In this document: positions 24,625 through 37,459 of the stretch, piece by piece
Position numbering within the stretch: position 1 is the first letter of the stretch
Layout: each line of letters opens with the position of its first letter
Assembly (NCBI RefSeq): GCF_006345805.1
Contig: NC_043018.1
Location: forward strand, 13,950,001-14,014,000
Direction: 5' to 3'
Source: Octopus sinensis
Taxonomy: Eukaryota
Length of the DNA stretch: 64,000 nt
Notes under the pieces: generated by a model
The model's database searches: none
Told to the model about the DNA's origin: nothing
Seen by the model: the letters and a program-made list of their open reading frames with translations, nothing else
Translations under genes and position numbers: made by a program

Positions 24625-25085
24625 TATTAAGGTAGTGACCTGTCAGATTCGGTCATGCGGTGGGTAAAATGATTAGCAAAATTTCGCCCGTCTTTACGTT
24701 CTGAGTTCAAATTCCGCCGTGGTCGACTTTGCCTTTCATCCTTTCGGGGTCGATCAAATAAGTACCTATTTCTTTATTACCCACAAGGGGCTAAACACAG
24801 AGGGAACAAACAAGGACAGACAAACGGATTAAGTCGATTACATCGACCCTAATGCGTAACTGGTACTTAATTTATAGACCCCGAAAGGATGAAAGGCAAA
24901 GTCGACCTCGGCGGAATTTGAACTCACAACGTAACGCAGACGAAATACCGCTAAGCATTTCGCCCGGCGTGCTAACGTTTCTGCCAGCTCGCCAAATAAG
25001 TACCAGTCGATCATTGGGGTTGATGTACTCGACTTATCCCTTTCCTGAACTTGTTAGCCTTGTGCTAAAATTTGAAATTAGTATT
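24625..25085 (+). mobile_element. Older SINE family A host copy, interrupted
   Basis: Core up to gtcgatcaaataagtacc, resuming aaataagtaccagtcg.. after the nested insertion; A3-like tail. Confidence 0.8.
24767..24993 (-). mobile_element. Full-length young SINE A1 nested antisense in a SINE A host
   Basis: 11-bp TSD aaataagtacc at 24756-24766 and 24994-25004. Confidence 0.9.
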
Positions 25086-25109
25086 GTTTGACTTATTAGA
25101 ACGCTCGGC

Positions 25110-25335
25110 GTTGTTTTTCCTGGTAGATTCTGTGAGAGCAGAGAGCATCCCATCCGCAGGGTCTCTCAGGCTCTCACTAATCCGAGATATTTCTACTCCA
25201 GTTAAGTAACCCTTCCTCCCAACCACTCTCACTTGCTTCATTAGTTTATTTTCTGAACCTGGACACATGTCTTTGTCCATCCAAAATGTCAAGGTACGTC
25301 AGCCTAACCCGCGACTTCTTTCCAGCTTTGCTCTT
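25110..25335 (-). mobile_element. Probable R4/Dong-like LINE N-terminal fragment
   Basis: FWMDKDMCPGSENKLMKQVRVVGRKGYLTGVEISRI resembles the W..K.MF..SEQ.L..QVR.I..K.WL..EI..I motif I recall from R4/Dong ORF N-termini. Confidence 0.45.
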
Positions 25336-25384
25336 TCATGACTTTCAATAAGTGTATCGAACTCTTCTGGGGTGTATCGAACTC

Positions 25385-25534
25385 TTCCGCCGAGGTCGAC
25401 TTTGCCTTTCATCCTTTCGGGGTCGATAAATTAAGTACTAGTTACGCACTGGGGTCGATGTAATCGACTTAATCCCTTTGTCTGTCCTTGTTTGTCCCCT
25501 CTGTGTTTAGCCCCTTGTTGGTAGTAAAGAAATA
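25385..25534 (+). mobile_element. SINE A1, 5'-truncated
   Basis: Core plus A1 tail ending gtagtaaagaaata. Confidence 0.9.
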
Positions 25535-25669
25535 GGTACTTATTTAATCGACCCCAAAAGGATGAAAGGCAACGTGGACCTCGGCGGAATTTGAACTCAG
25601 AACGTAACGGCAGACGAAATAACGCTAGGCATTTCGCCCGGCGTGCTAACGACTCTGCCAGCTCGCCGT
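25535..25669 (-). mobile_element. SINE family A 5' half, antisense, fused to the A1 tail
   Basis: ggtacttatttaatcgacccc...ctgccagctcgccg. Confidence 0.9.
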
Positions 25670-25695
25670 CTTTTTTATATTTTCTACAGGCATAT

Positions 25696-26092
25696 AGGCG
25701 CAAGGATGGCTATGTGGTAAGACGTTGGCTCCCTGTTTACATGGCACATCCCTGACATCTTGGACAAGTGCCCTCTACCATAGTCTCAGACCAACTAGAC
25801 TATTGTAAGTAGATTTACTTGAGGGAAACCGAAAGAATCCCGCTGCATACGTGTGTGTTTGTGACTTAATGTCTGTGTTTGTCGCACACCACAACTTGAC
25901 AACTGTTGCTGATGTCTTCTTTCCCTGTAAATTAGCGGTTTTGAGAAGAGAGAACAATAGAACAATAACCACCAGGCTCACAAAAGATATAAGTACTGCG
26001 GTCAGTTCCTTCAACTAAAATTTTCAAGGTGGTGCCCCAGCAAGGCCGTTGTTTAATGACTGAAGCCAGTAACAGATAAAAGACAAAAAGAT
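25696..26092 (+). mobile_element. SINE family C, old
   Basis: ggcgcaaggatggctatgtggtaag..cttggacaagtg..ggaaaccgaaagaatccc..ggtgccccagcaaggccg..aatgactgaa. Confidence 0.7.
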
Positions 26093-27404
26093 ACATTTGT
26101 ATATATGTTTCCTTGTATATACAAATATATACGTATATCTACATATGTATATACATACATCTACGCATTCATTTTGTAGTTGAGACTACAAATTGCTAAT
26201 TCCAATTCCACATTCATGATCGTAATGTCAGCGCAAGTGTTCACTTAACTGTAGACGTGTGTCGATATATATATACGTGTACGCACACACACTCACACAT
26301 ACAAACACACACTGATACATGCACACGCGCATGTACACAAGTACGTAAATTATCCAGAGTGTAGTATGAACACGTAAACGTGTAGGCGGCGTTAAGTGGA
26401 TATGGGTACGGAACTTTTCAATTCAGCAGAACCACTTTCTGAGAATTCCATAAAAGACATGAATTCATTCATACTACTGTCTTTATTATGCAACTTTCGT
26501 ATGCAGAATACAAAAAGTGAGTTATTGAATTGAAACGACTACATTTCAACGGGTGTAATTGAAGCTTGTATACAGCCAGAGTAGCTGTTGGTGGTGGTGG
26601 TGGTGGTGGTGGTGGGGGGTGGGGAGGGAGACATGACACAGAGAGAGGGGGAGAGGGAAGGGAAGTGAAGAATTTGCTACAATTTCCTTATGAGTGTATA
26701 TATATATATATATAAGTATATATATGTATATATATATAAGTATATATATGTATATCTATTTATATATAAGCGCGTAAATATGTGTACATAGATACATATA
26801 CGCATATATATATGTTTATATATGTATGCATAAGTATATATATATAAGCACGTAAATATGTGTATATACATACATACATAAATATATATATGTATATATA
26901 TCCATAAATATATATGTATATATATATGTATATATATATATGTATATATCCATAAATATATATATATGTATATATATATGTATATATATCCATAAATATA
27001 TATATATATACATGTGTATATATATATATGTATGTATGTATATATATAAGCGCGTAAATATGTGTACATACACACACACACACGCACATTCACACACACA
27101 CACACACACACACCACACACATATATATAAATGCATGCATGTATATATCCCTTCCTCTTTCACCTTCTTCCACATATATACCTCACCAAAAATATAGTTA
27201 TCAATGGCGTTTCTGTTCTCAGATTCCAGTTCTCCCTTGGGTAGGATGGAAGCCGTTGTGTGCGCATGCGTGTACATGTTTTTCACGCGTGTGTGTGTAT
27301 ATGTATGTTTCTGCTAGCTTCATTTTCCTGATGCTGTTTTCTATTCAATTTCTAAAATAAGTTTTATTTCGAATGTATTCGACATTTTACCACAGAAATA
27401 ATAT

Positions 27405-27580
27405 CTTCTACCTTTTACTCGTGTCAGTTATTTGATCGTGGCCATACTGGAGCATGACGTTGAAGAAGTAATGGGTCGAACGATTCCACACCAGTACTTA
27501 CTTTAGTTGAAAGACTGGTACTTATTCTATCGCATTCTTTTGCCGAACCGCTATGTTACCTTGATGTAAACACACCGACT
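27405..27580 (-). mobile_element. SINE family C 3' fragment
   Basis: cagttatttgatcgtggccatactggagc...gccgaaccgctatgttacc..gtaaacacaccg. Confidence 0.65.
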
Positions 27581-27711
27581 TATTTTAGAACATGGTTGAG
27601 TCCATAAAATAGGATTTGGCTACACCTCCATTTAGAGCACAGTTTAAGCTATATTTTCGTGGAAGAAGGTTTATGTTCCCATAACCTGTGTTAATTCTGT
27701 AACCCTTTAAA

Positions 27712-28097
27712 ATGGAAGATAAGAAAGTTCACTTTCGGTATTTGATGCTTTGGGAACCAGACAAAAATTGCTGAAGCTCGGCTGGGATGTGTTACTCCAC
27801 CCTCTATATTCACCAGATATTGCTCCTTCGGAGTTCCCCTTATTCAGGTCTCTGCAGAACAGTCTTAATGGTAAAAATTTCAATTCCCTGGATGACGTAA
27901 AAAGATACCTCGATGAATTCTTTGTCATGAAACCACCTCAATTCTGGGAAGAGGGTATTTTCAAGTTAAAAGAAAGATGGAGACGCATTGTGCAACAAAA
28001 TGGTTCATATTTGGTTGATTAAAAACATAATAGCAAGTATTTATTGACCTTTTTCTTTCCTTTAAAAATCGGCACGAACTTTCCGGACAACTCAATA
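27712..28097 (+). mobile_element. Internally deleted mariner (transposase N-terminus fused to C-terminus) with 3' TIR
   Basis: MEDKKVHFRYLMLWE joined out of frame to LGTRQKLLKLGWDVLLHPLYSPDIAPSEFPLFRSLQNSL...LVD*; right TIR cggcacgaactttccggacaactcaaTA. Confidence 0.9.
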
Positions 28098-28704
28098 GTT
28101 TTGGACTTCTTTGAAATTAATCAATAATATCTCTCCTGAAAAGGTCTGAAAACTTCTGCAATGCACCTCCTATCTTTCTGTTCTTCCCATTTGCATTTTT
28201 CCCGAGGAAAATCATCAATATTCAAACTTTGGTAAAGTGGTCCATAATTACCGATGCCTGAAGATATGACGTATGGAGAAGTAAAGCAATACTTTGCAGG
28301 GCCATATATCACGAGCTGCCGTTATTTAAAATTAAAAAAAAGAGGTAAATATGCACAAGAGTATTGAAAATTAAGAAACGCTATGCGAAAACGTTGCAGC
28401 AGTGTTTATTGAGCTTCCTAGTATTACAGGGATATTTTCTGAAACGTGACTGTATAGATCTTTGTAGAAATGGTGGTATTACGTTACCATTAAACCAATT
28501 AAATATCGGATAATTGATACGTTCATCAACTGTCATAATGTTTTAAATTAACAGCTAAATCAGTGTAAGACTTAGCTCTCCTTTTCTTCTTGCAGCTTGC
28601 TTCTATGCAACATCATCATCATTACTTGGTCTATGTTTAATAAATTATTATTATATTTTTTTATAGCAAATGATGTCAAGCATATAAGGTTCTTACTAGT
28701 GAAT

Positions 28705-28923
28705 GGGCGAGCTGGCAGAATATGTTATAACGTTGGCAATATTGCTCTGTGGTTTTTTGTTCCGACTCATTACATCCCTAGTTCAAATTCTGACGATGCT
28801 CATTTTGTCTTTGATACTTTCAGAGTCAATGAATAAGTACCAGTTAAGCACTGGGGTCGATGTATTCGACAAACCCCTTCCTTTCAAAATAGCTAGATTT
28901 GTGCTAAAATTTGAAACCATTAT
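28705..28923 (+). mobile_element. SINE family A, old, A3 tail
   Basis: ggcgagctggcagaat..gttcaaattc..aataagtaccagttaagcactggggtcgatg..gtgctaaaatttgaaacc. Confidence 0.75.
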
Positions 28924-29041
28924 TTTATTAAGGGTATTCTTAATATAATATGGACGCTGGACGAACGGACAGGCGAACGGACTGACTAGTTAAATTGCTC
29001 GGGGTTTGATTTGTTCCAAATCTCAAAGGGAACATGAATTG

Positions 29042-29150
29042 GGAACTAGGCTTACGAAGAATAAGGCCCGGGGTCGACTTGTTCGACTAAAGGCGGTGCA
29101 CCAGCATGGCCACAGTCAAATGACTAAAACAAGTAAAGGAAAAGAATAAA
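29042..29150 (+). mobile_element. SINE family C 3' end
   Basis: ctaggcttacgaagaataagg..ggggtcgacttgttcgactaaaggcggtgcaccagcatggccacagtcaaatgact. Confidence 0.8.
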
Positions 29151-29279
29151 TAGAATATTATTATTGTGGTTGTCGTTTTTCTTGTCGTCGTCATCGTCGT
29201 AGTTGTTATATTTGCTGCTGTCGCTGTTGCTGCTAACGCAGTTGTTTTTCTTGTTACGGTTTTCGCTACTTTTGTCGTC

Positions 29280-29335
<56 letters not shown>

Positions 29336-29770
29336 CATTTTTCCAAATCTATTTGACGCTAATTTAGTTAACAGTGATGTTGCTGTGAGGTTTGGTGACA
29401 GCATCACGTTTCCAATTACAAGAATTTTTCTAAGAATTCTGACAGAATACGAAATGACACTTTACTGCCGGTCGACAACATGTGTCCGAATCGGAATTTA
29501 TTTCAGGTTGTTGTTTTTTTTTATGGTAAGCAGTTCGGATGTTGAGCCAAACACACTAACCCTAACACTAATTGCCACAGCAGCAACATTTGAATAGCAA
29601 TTCTTCTTTGCGTTTTGGTGCTCACACCTCTCTTCAGATTCTGAATCCAAATTTAGACCTTGTCAGATATTAAAGCTTCATGTTATCAAATGACCACTTC
29701 CTTAAATTTCAAGTGTTTGACCTGTGCTAAGAGCTATGAGCATCACTTGGTTTTCGAAATCATATATATC

Positions 29771-29836
<66 letters not shown>

Positions 29837-29903
29837 TACATACATACAGACACACACACACACACCACACACACATACCCACACACACACACACACACAT
29901 ATA

Positions 29904-30432
29904 TACGAGGTCTGATCAATAAGTATCTGGACTGTTACGATAGTAACGAAGCGAAAGCACGTAGAGTGCAGCTGTTTGGCAAAGATTGAACACGAACTTT
30001 ATTGAGCATGCGCAGTAAGCTTTAACTTTCTAGCTCACTTCCGTAGTTTACGGCAGAAATTTGTCATGGCAACACCTGCTCAGGGGCCTACGCAGGGTTG
30101 TACAAAGTGTATGGCGAGGAGTATATGAGTGACACACAAATGGTTCAGACGTTTTCAAGATGGTCGAAAAATGTCGATATTGACGAACATTCTGGCAGAC
30201 CGGCAAACAGAAAAACTGAGAGAAACATCGTAGATGAGCGAACAGCTGTGAGGGGAAATCGTCGAATCATCATCGGTGAGTTTCCAGAGAATGCGCAGAT
30301 TAGTTACGGTTCAGTTTAGTCCATTATCACCGAGGATTTGGGTATGAGACGCGTGTCTGTCAAGAGACTCGGTTTTCAGTTGCTCAAAATCTCCTTGATT
30401 GTGTCCAGGACGATGGAAACCTTTTGAAAACT
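29904..30432 (+). mobile_element. mariner 5' remnant
   Basis: TA-cgaggtctgatcaataagtatctggactg TIR; YKVYGEEYMS..DEHSGRPA..ISYGSV*SIITEDLGMRRVS..VAQNLLDCVQDD. Confidence 0.8.
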
Positions 30433-30511
30433 TTGCGTAAGCCTCTGGGCAGAAATCACCATGGTTTTGGCAAAATTTGATGCAGATTCTCTGCTCAACT
30501 TTCTCTGTCAT
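30433..30511 (-). mobile_element. mariner transposase start, inverted copy of the same family
   Basis: [27 protein letters not shown] on the - strand. Confidence 0.7.
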
Positions 30512-30632
30512 ATACATATAATGAAAAACGTTTCCGTAATGACCTTAAAGGAATAAACACAACACACACACAAACATATATATATGCATATACATACACG
30601 CATACATGCATACATACATACATACATAATAC

Positions 30633-30691
<59 letters not shown>

Positions 30692-30837
30692 ACACACAAA
30701 TATATATATACATACATATACAGAAATATATGTATGTGTATATATAAATCTGGATGTATGTATGGATAGATGCATATGCTCATGAATTCCTAAATGCATG
30801 TATGCATATTTATATATACATATATATATATAATATA

Positions 30838-30878
<41 letters not shown>

Positions 30879-30955
30879 ATGGATGTATGTATGAACTGAT
30901 TCATAGATAGGCAGACAGAGACGGACAGATAGAAAGATAGATAAACAGCTGGATG

Positions 30956-31007
<52 letters not shown>

Positions 31008-31607
31008 GAGAGGCACATCTGTGTGTGTATACTCGTGTGAGAGTGTATTTATGTATGTATATATGTACACATACTTATGCATATACATACATACAGAGAA
31101 AAGTGTCTCTTTCAATATGCTATATAAAAGACATAATACGATAACTATGTTTGGGGTAAATCCTTTACATTAAGGATCTATTTTTTGTGCTTTCTTCAGA
31201 GTCCTTTGCATTGAATCTAAAACAAGTTTCCTAAGTCTATTCGGCTTTCAATATTGTCCCCATTTCCTTTGCTGCTTACTACTAAACTTGGCAACAATAA
31301 GCCACTATTCTTCATATCCTTTAGAAGATAAGGTTAAGGTCTTGGAATATCAATAGAAAAACGAATGTAATTGTTCCAACCGAAATACCATGGACCAACA
31401 ATGAAATGTGACGAAAATGTTTAAAATATTTTATGCGTGTTAGTGTGTACGTGTGTGTATATGTGTGCGTGCGTGTGTAAGTGAGTGTGTTTATATATAT
31501 ATAACAGGAATAAATTAGCAAGCGACTAAGTCTTTAATATCACATAATGCAAACATACATTAATACACACATACATACACCCCACATATATAAAAACATA
31601 CATTGTT

Positions 31608-31646
<39 letters not shown>

Positions 31647-31740
31647 GTATGTAAGTGCATATATATATATATATACATATATTTATACATACATGCATAT
31701 TTATATGTATATTATATATATATATATGTATATATGTATG

Positions 31741-31784
<44 letters not shown>

Positions 31785-32963
31785 AATCAATTAAGATTCA
31801 GTTGAATATGTACTTAAGTTGAGGCAACAAGTCTGTCCGGTATTATCTGCACAGTTTGAAGTAAGGTGAATAAAGCAAATAAATAGCAAGGATGCCCAGG
31901 TATAAGTGCATTATTACAGTCGTTTGAGGTTACTCCAGTTAATCGAACAATTGAAGCATTACATCAATTTGAAAATTTGCCGCCATCTTCGGATGTATAA
32001 TATAGTTTTTCAACATACAGGATACTCCATTATAATTTTAGCAAATATTTCATCAGAACTAGAAAATGAAAGAATAACATGCCGTTCATATTATAGCAGA
32101 ATGAACTTAGAGAGAAAATACCCCACGATACTTTGGTGTTGCAGATGAAAATAACAATAGGGGTCATAAGATGGTAATATAGCTACAATGTTTATCTATC
32201 TCCTTATCACCATCAAAAGATCTAATGTAGCCAGTATACTAAGAATTAAAACCATGAGAAATGACAGTTAAGTTCTTGCTGCTGATAAATTAATAACTGT
32301 CAGATAGCATCCCAAACCCTAAGTCACTATAGCTACAGGATCCCTATGACCACATAAAGAAATGAATCTCAGAAAATTTAGTAAGATTTCGGTAAATGCC
32401 CAGAATGAGGGAGTGTAGGGGTGATATAAACTATATCCGAAGATGGGGGTGTATTTCAAATTGATATAATGCATGCATTGTTCGATTAAATGGAGCCGCA
32501 TGAAACGGCCGTTACTTGGATGCATAAAATGATGGAGGGGAAGCATAACAGCTGTATCGATTGAGGGGTGTGTAAATGGACTTGATAGATTATTAGGTGA
32601 TGTCTTAGAGAAATCATATTATTGTTGGCGATACATCAGTATATTGCAGCTATATTACATGTGTTTGCGACTAAGTGACATGTGAGGATGATTCACTCCT
32701 GAACCGAAATAGGCTCCAAGCCTCCGCATCATGCATGGATGGCTATGTGGATCACTCCTAACGAAAGCCAGAGCTTCCTCCGACCACTACATAAAAAGGA
32801 TTAAGAAAAAAAATGTTATTTACATATACTTTTAATTTAGTTGTTAACACTATTTTGCGCTTGTTTATACTCTTATGCATTCAAAGTTCACAATTTTCCA
32901 TATTTAAATTATGAATCATATTCCTTTTGATAATGTCAATATGATTAGAAAACTATAAAAAGA

Positions 32964-33004
<41 letters not shown>

Positions 33005-33289
33005 TATTCTTTTCGCGGGAAGGAATTTTTCTTCGAAGATACGTCTCGCTTTTATCTTCGAAACGTTAGTAGATGAAATCTTAGCGACTGAAGAAGGGGA
33101 TTTTTCGTGTGCTTATTGTCCTGTATCTCTCTTTTTTTTGCCTGTCTTTTTCCTTGGTTTTTTGTGTCTATGTGTTTCGTCTCTCTATGTGTTCGACGTC
33201 TTTTTGGTGGCCTGTACACATATGCGTGTATATGTACATGTAGAGGTAGGTACGTACATATATGTTTATATATATGCATATGTTCTATT

Positions 33290-33343
33290 TTATTAACATA
33301 TATATATATACATATATATACATATATGTATACAAGTATGTAT

Positions 33344-33378
<35 letters not shown>

Positions 33379-33462
33379 ATATAAGTATGTATATATATTA
33401 TATACATATACATATACATATATTATATATATATATATTACATATATATATATAGCTATATG

Positions 33463-33527
<65 letters not shown>

Positions 33528-33549
33528 TCTATATATATATAGCTATATG

Positions 33550-33580
<31 letters not shown>

Positions 33581-33581
33581 T

Positions 33582-33614
<33 letters not shown>

Positions 33615-33635
33615 CTATATATAATTATACATATA
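33290..33635. repeat. Long interrupted (TA)n array
   Basis: Direct reading. Confidence 0.95.
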
Positions 33636-34966
33636 TGTTCAATTCAAATAAAAGGAGAAAAAGAAAAAAAAAAACATCTGAACGTAGCAATATATTGAGA
33701 CGCTCAGAGAAGGAAAAGAGTAGAAGTTTGGAGCATAACTCTCCATCTGAAGCAAGAAGAAACAGGAACGTCCATGATAGAGGGGGGGGGGAAATCACCA
33801 AAAATCACGTGCGATTACAGTTTTGAAGTAAGTGACCGGAAGTAGGAAATGCTTTCTGAAACTGGAGAAAATGGTCAGTTCGCTTGTGTGCCTGTGTGTG
33901 TAAGATAGCGTGTGGTGGTTGTAGTAGCGTGTGTATATATGGTAGCGTGTGTATGTATTATAGCGTGTGTGTGTGTGTGTGGCAGTAACTGCGTGTGTGT
34001 GTGTTTGTGTGCGCCTGGTAGCGCGTATACGTGGTGGCGTGTGTGCAGGTGGTGGTAACTGTGTGAGGAGTGCGTGTGGATTCGTTGCTGTAGCCATGTG
34101 TGTGTGAGTGTGTGTGTGCGTGCAAGTGTGTGGGTGTTGTGCGTGGTATAGGATTATAAAAAATAAGAAATGATACAAATAAATAGCGGAAAATAAAATA
34201 CAAAGTACATCATAAAATTAACACATAAATAATTAAAAAACAAAAATTAGTAATAATAAACAATTAAAAAAAAGTGAAAAAGATTAAGTGAATAAATCAG
34301 TAACGTGAAAAAATTCCGGTAACGGAAATAGGATCAGAAATAGAAATAAATAAAATTCTAAAAAGAAAAATTTCAAAAATAATTATTTGAAAATTATTTT
34401 TAAAATTATTTAAAAATTATTTTTAAAATTCATAAAAGAAATAAAACAGTAATAAAAATTAAAGGAATAAAAATGAATGAAAAAAGGAGATAAAAACGAT
34501 CGAGTAAAAAATGTTTTTTAAAAGGGTGTGTGTGTGGAAGGTTATTGAGAGGAGGGCGTTGTGTTGAGTCCCAAAAGAATTTGGGTATGTTCCAGGTAGA
34601 GTATAGAGTTAATGGATCCATGGTGTTGGGCAAGGCCAAAGAGGGTGATATTTGTGGTAGAGTGGTCGGCCAAGCGAGTGGATTTAGTGGACGGGAATTG
34701 AATATATATAAATGTAAGATCCAGGGATCGAGATGTAGGAAGAAAGTTAGCTTCGAGCAGTCCGTAGTGAATATAAAAAAAACCAACGTTCAGGAACAAT
34801 AGCGGTCTATTGAGATGGGAGGTGGCGGGAGTTTTCTTTTAACGAAGACAACCAGGGTTGCCGAGTGTGCGAAAAACGATACAAAAGTTACAGAATGGAG
34901 TATATATATTTCATAGCGAAACATATGTAGCCTGGATTTCACATAATCCATTCCTTAAGTCTTGTA

Positions 34967-35053
<87 letters not shown>

Positions 35054-35616
35054 ATATGAGTGTGTGTGTGTGTGTATCTATGTAAGTATGCATGCATGTA
35101 TGTATAACTCTTATATATATATATTGTTTAAAAGGAACACACGTGTTGATATGTAAACGGAAAATAAAGCAAGGTAGAAAATGCTAATCTAATTTTATCA
35201 TGAAGGACATTTTAGTAACGGTTTCAGTATCTCCGAGTTTTTCAACTTCGAATAAAGCATGAAATACAATGAAATTGTGGAAAAATTAAATGAGATGTTT
35301 TTTAAAAATATTTCCATAGTTTTCAAATGCAAAGAACATTTTCCTTTCATCTCTCTGCCTGAGTGTCTCTTTTTTAACCCTTGTGAGTTATGAGGTATTA
35401 GGTATTCGGTTTCTATTCATATCTTCTACGGAATTATCCCTCTGAGAAAACAATAAATAGAGATTATTATTATTAGTTAATTTAAACAATAATTTGTTTT
35501 TTTTATATCCATTAAATTAAATAGATAGAACTGTAATGAAGATGTAATTGTTTATATATTTTTGTTGCAGTTATACATCGGGTAAGACTTAGATAATTAT
35601 ATATATATATATATAT

Positions 35617-35661
<45 letters not shown>

Positions 35662-35669
<8 letters not shown>

Positions 35670-35909
35670 TTGTATACTGTCAACTTAACGTGAGAGTCCT
35701 GTAAGGGAATTACACCACCGCTGTTTAGCCCTAGGAAGCATCAACGCTTCCTGTCGACCTTGACACATTTCCTGTGTCCTTATATATTTTCGTAAATATA
35801 GAAGTAAATATATAAGGACACAGGAAATGTGTCAAGGCCGACAAGAAACGTCGATGCTTCCTAGGGCTAAACACGGTGGTGTAATTCCCTTACAGTATAC
35901 AACCACTCT
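35662..35909. repeat. Long fold-back element (91/90-bp core arms, 16-nt loop)
   Basis: 35699-35789 pairs with 35806-35895 with 4 mismatches and 1 bulge; outer arms agagtggttgtatactg / cagtatacaaccactct. Confidence 0.9.
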
Positions 35910-36165
35910 ATCACTCCACCGCCGTACATATCTCTATGAGATATTGCGAAATTTAATATTTCTGATATATATATATATATAATAATATATATATTATATA
36001 TATATATATATATACGAGAGATGTGAGGGTAAAAGAAAATAGAATGTAGAGAGGATCAGTTGGGGAGACAAATAGTTACAAGAATTCAATGACTTGAGAT
36101 TAGATAGACACAATCACGCACACACACAGACACAAACATAGAGACAAACAGACAGACGGATATAC

Positions 36166-36228
<63 letters not shown>

Positions 36229-36498
36229 CGGAGAGAAAAAGAGACAGACAGAGACAGACAGACAGACATATAGATAGATATTCGAGCCACACTTTTGAAT
36301 TACGTGTATGAATCAGCAATTTCTTCTGAATAAACTCTACCACATATGTACACAAGCTCCTACTCAAAAGTATATATATATATATACACATATTCTGTAT
36401 TCTGTTTCGTGTTTGTTCCTCCAAATATATGTACACACACGCTTATGCAAACATCACCATCACGATTACGTTCATACTTGTACATACACATACATACA

Positions 36499-36572
<74 letters not shown>

Positions 36573-37145
36573 TACATATATACATACGTACCGATATGCA
36601 TAACCATATGCACACATTATTATATGCATACATACGATCATACATAGTTGTCAGGTACAAGAACTTGCTCCAATATAATCTAATATATTTTCTCTCACAC
36701 TCTTTTCTTCTGTCCTCTTCCAATATTTATTTGCGTTGAAAAGAAAAAAGAAATCAATATTTTGACAGTAAAAGAAATCAAAATATTTATATACACAAGT
36801 TTTTATTAAATATATTGACGTTAAATATAATTAACCTTAATTTCTGCCTATACAATTTCTCACTATTATTAATTAATTTAGTATGGTGGATCATCGTATC
36901 GCTTTCGCTTGACGTTCACCAATATGCCGAAGCAAAAATGAATATTGTTTCTCTGCGACAAGCAAACGTGAGAGCTTCTACATCAGTGGTTCTCAACCAT
37001 TTTTTTTTACCTGTGAATCCCTTTAATTCATATTATTTTCTCGAATAGACCTTCATATTCATTCCCACCCATGTTTGAAAATCATGTTAGAGTGTTTTAT
37101 AATCAAATATAATTAAATTTTATTAGAAATTGTATAAAAACTATT

Positions 37146-37459
37146 GTGGAGGCGCAAAGGTCCAGTGGTTAGGGCAGCGGACTCGCGGTCGGATGATCGC
37201 GGTTTCGATTCTCAGACCGGGCATTGTTTGTGTTTATTGAGCGTTAAGACCTAAAGCTCCACGATGCTCCAGCAGGGAGTGGTGGCGACCCCTGTTGTAC
37301 TCTTTCGCCCCAACTTTCTCTCACTCTCTCTTCCTGTTTCTTGAGTAACGCTGCGATGGACTGGCGTCCCGTCCAGCTGGGGGGAACACACACGCCACAC
37401 AAACCGGGAAACCGGGCCCATGAGCCTGGCTAGGCTTGAAAAGGGCGCATAAAAAAATA
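37146..37459 (+). mobile_element. SINE family B, B3 tail, with TSD
   Basis: Full tRNA-like head; V-like gcgatggactggcgtcccgtccag; TSD ataaaaactat at 37134-37144 and 37460-37470. Confidence 0.9.

Noticed and set aside
34510-34870. Overlapping ORFs on both strands
   Set aside because: No motif recognised; probably decayed TE.
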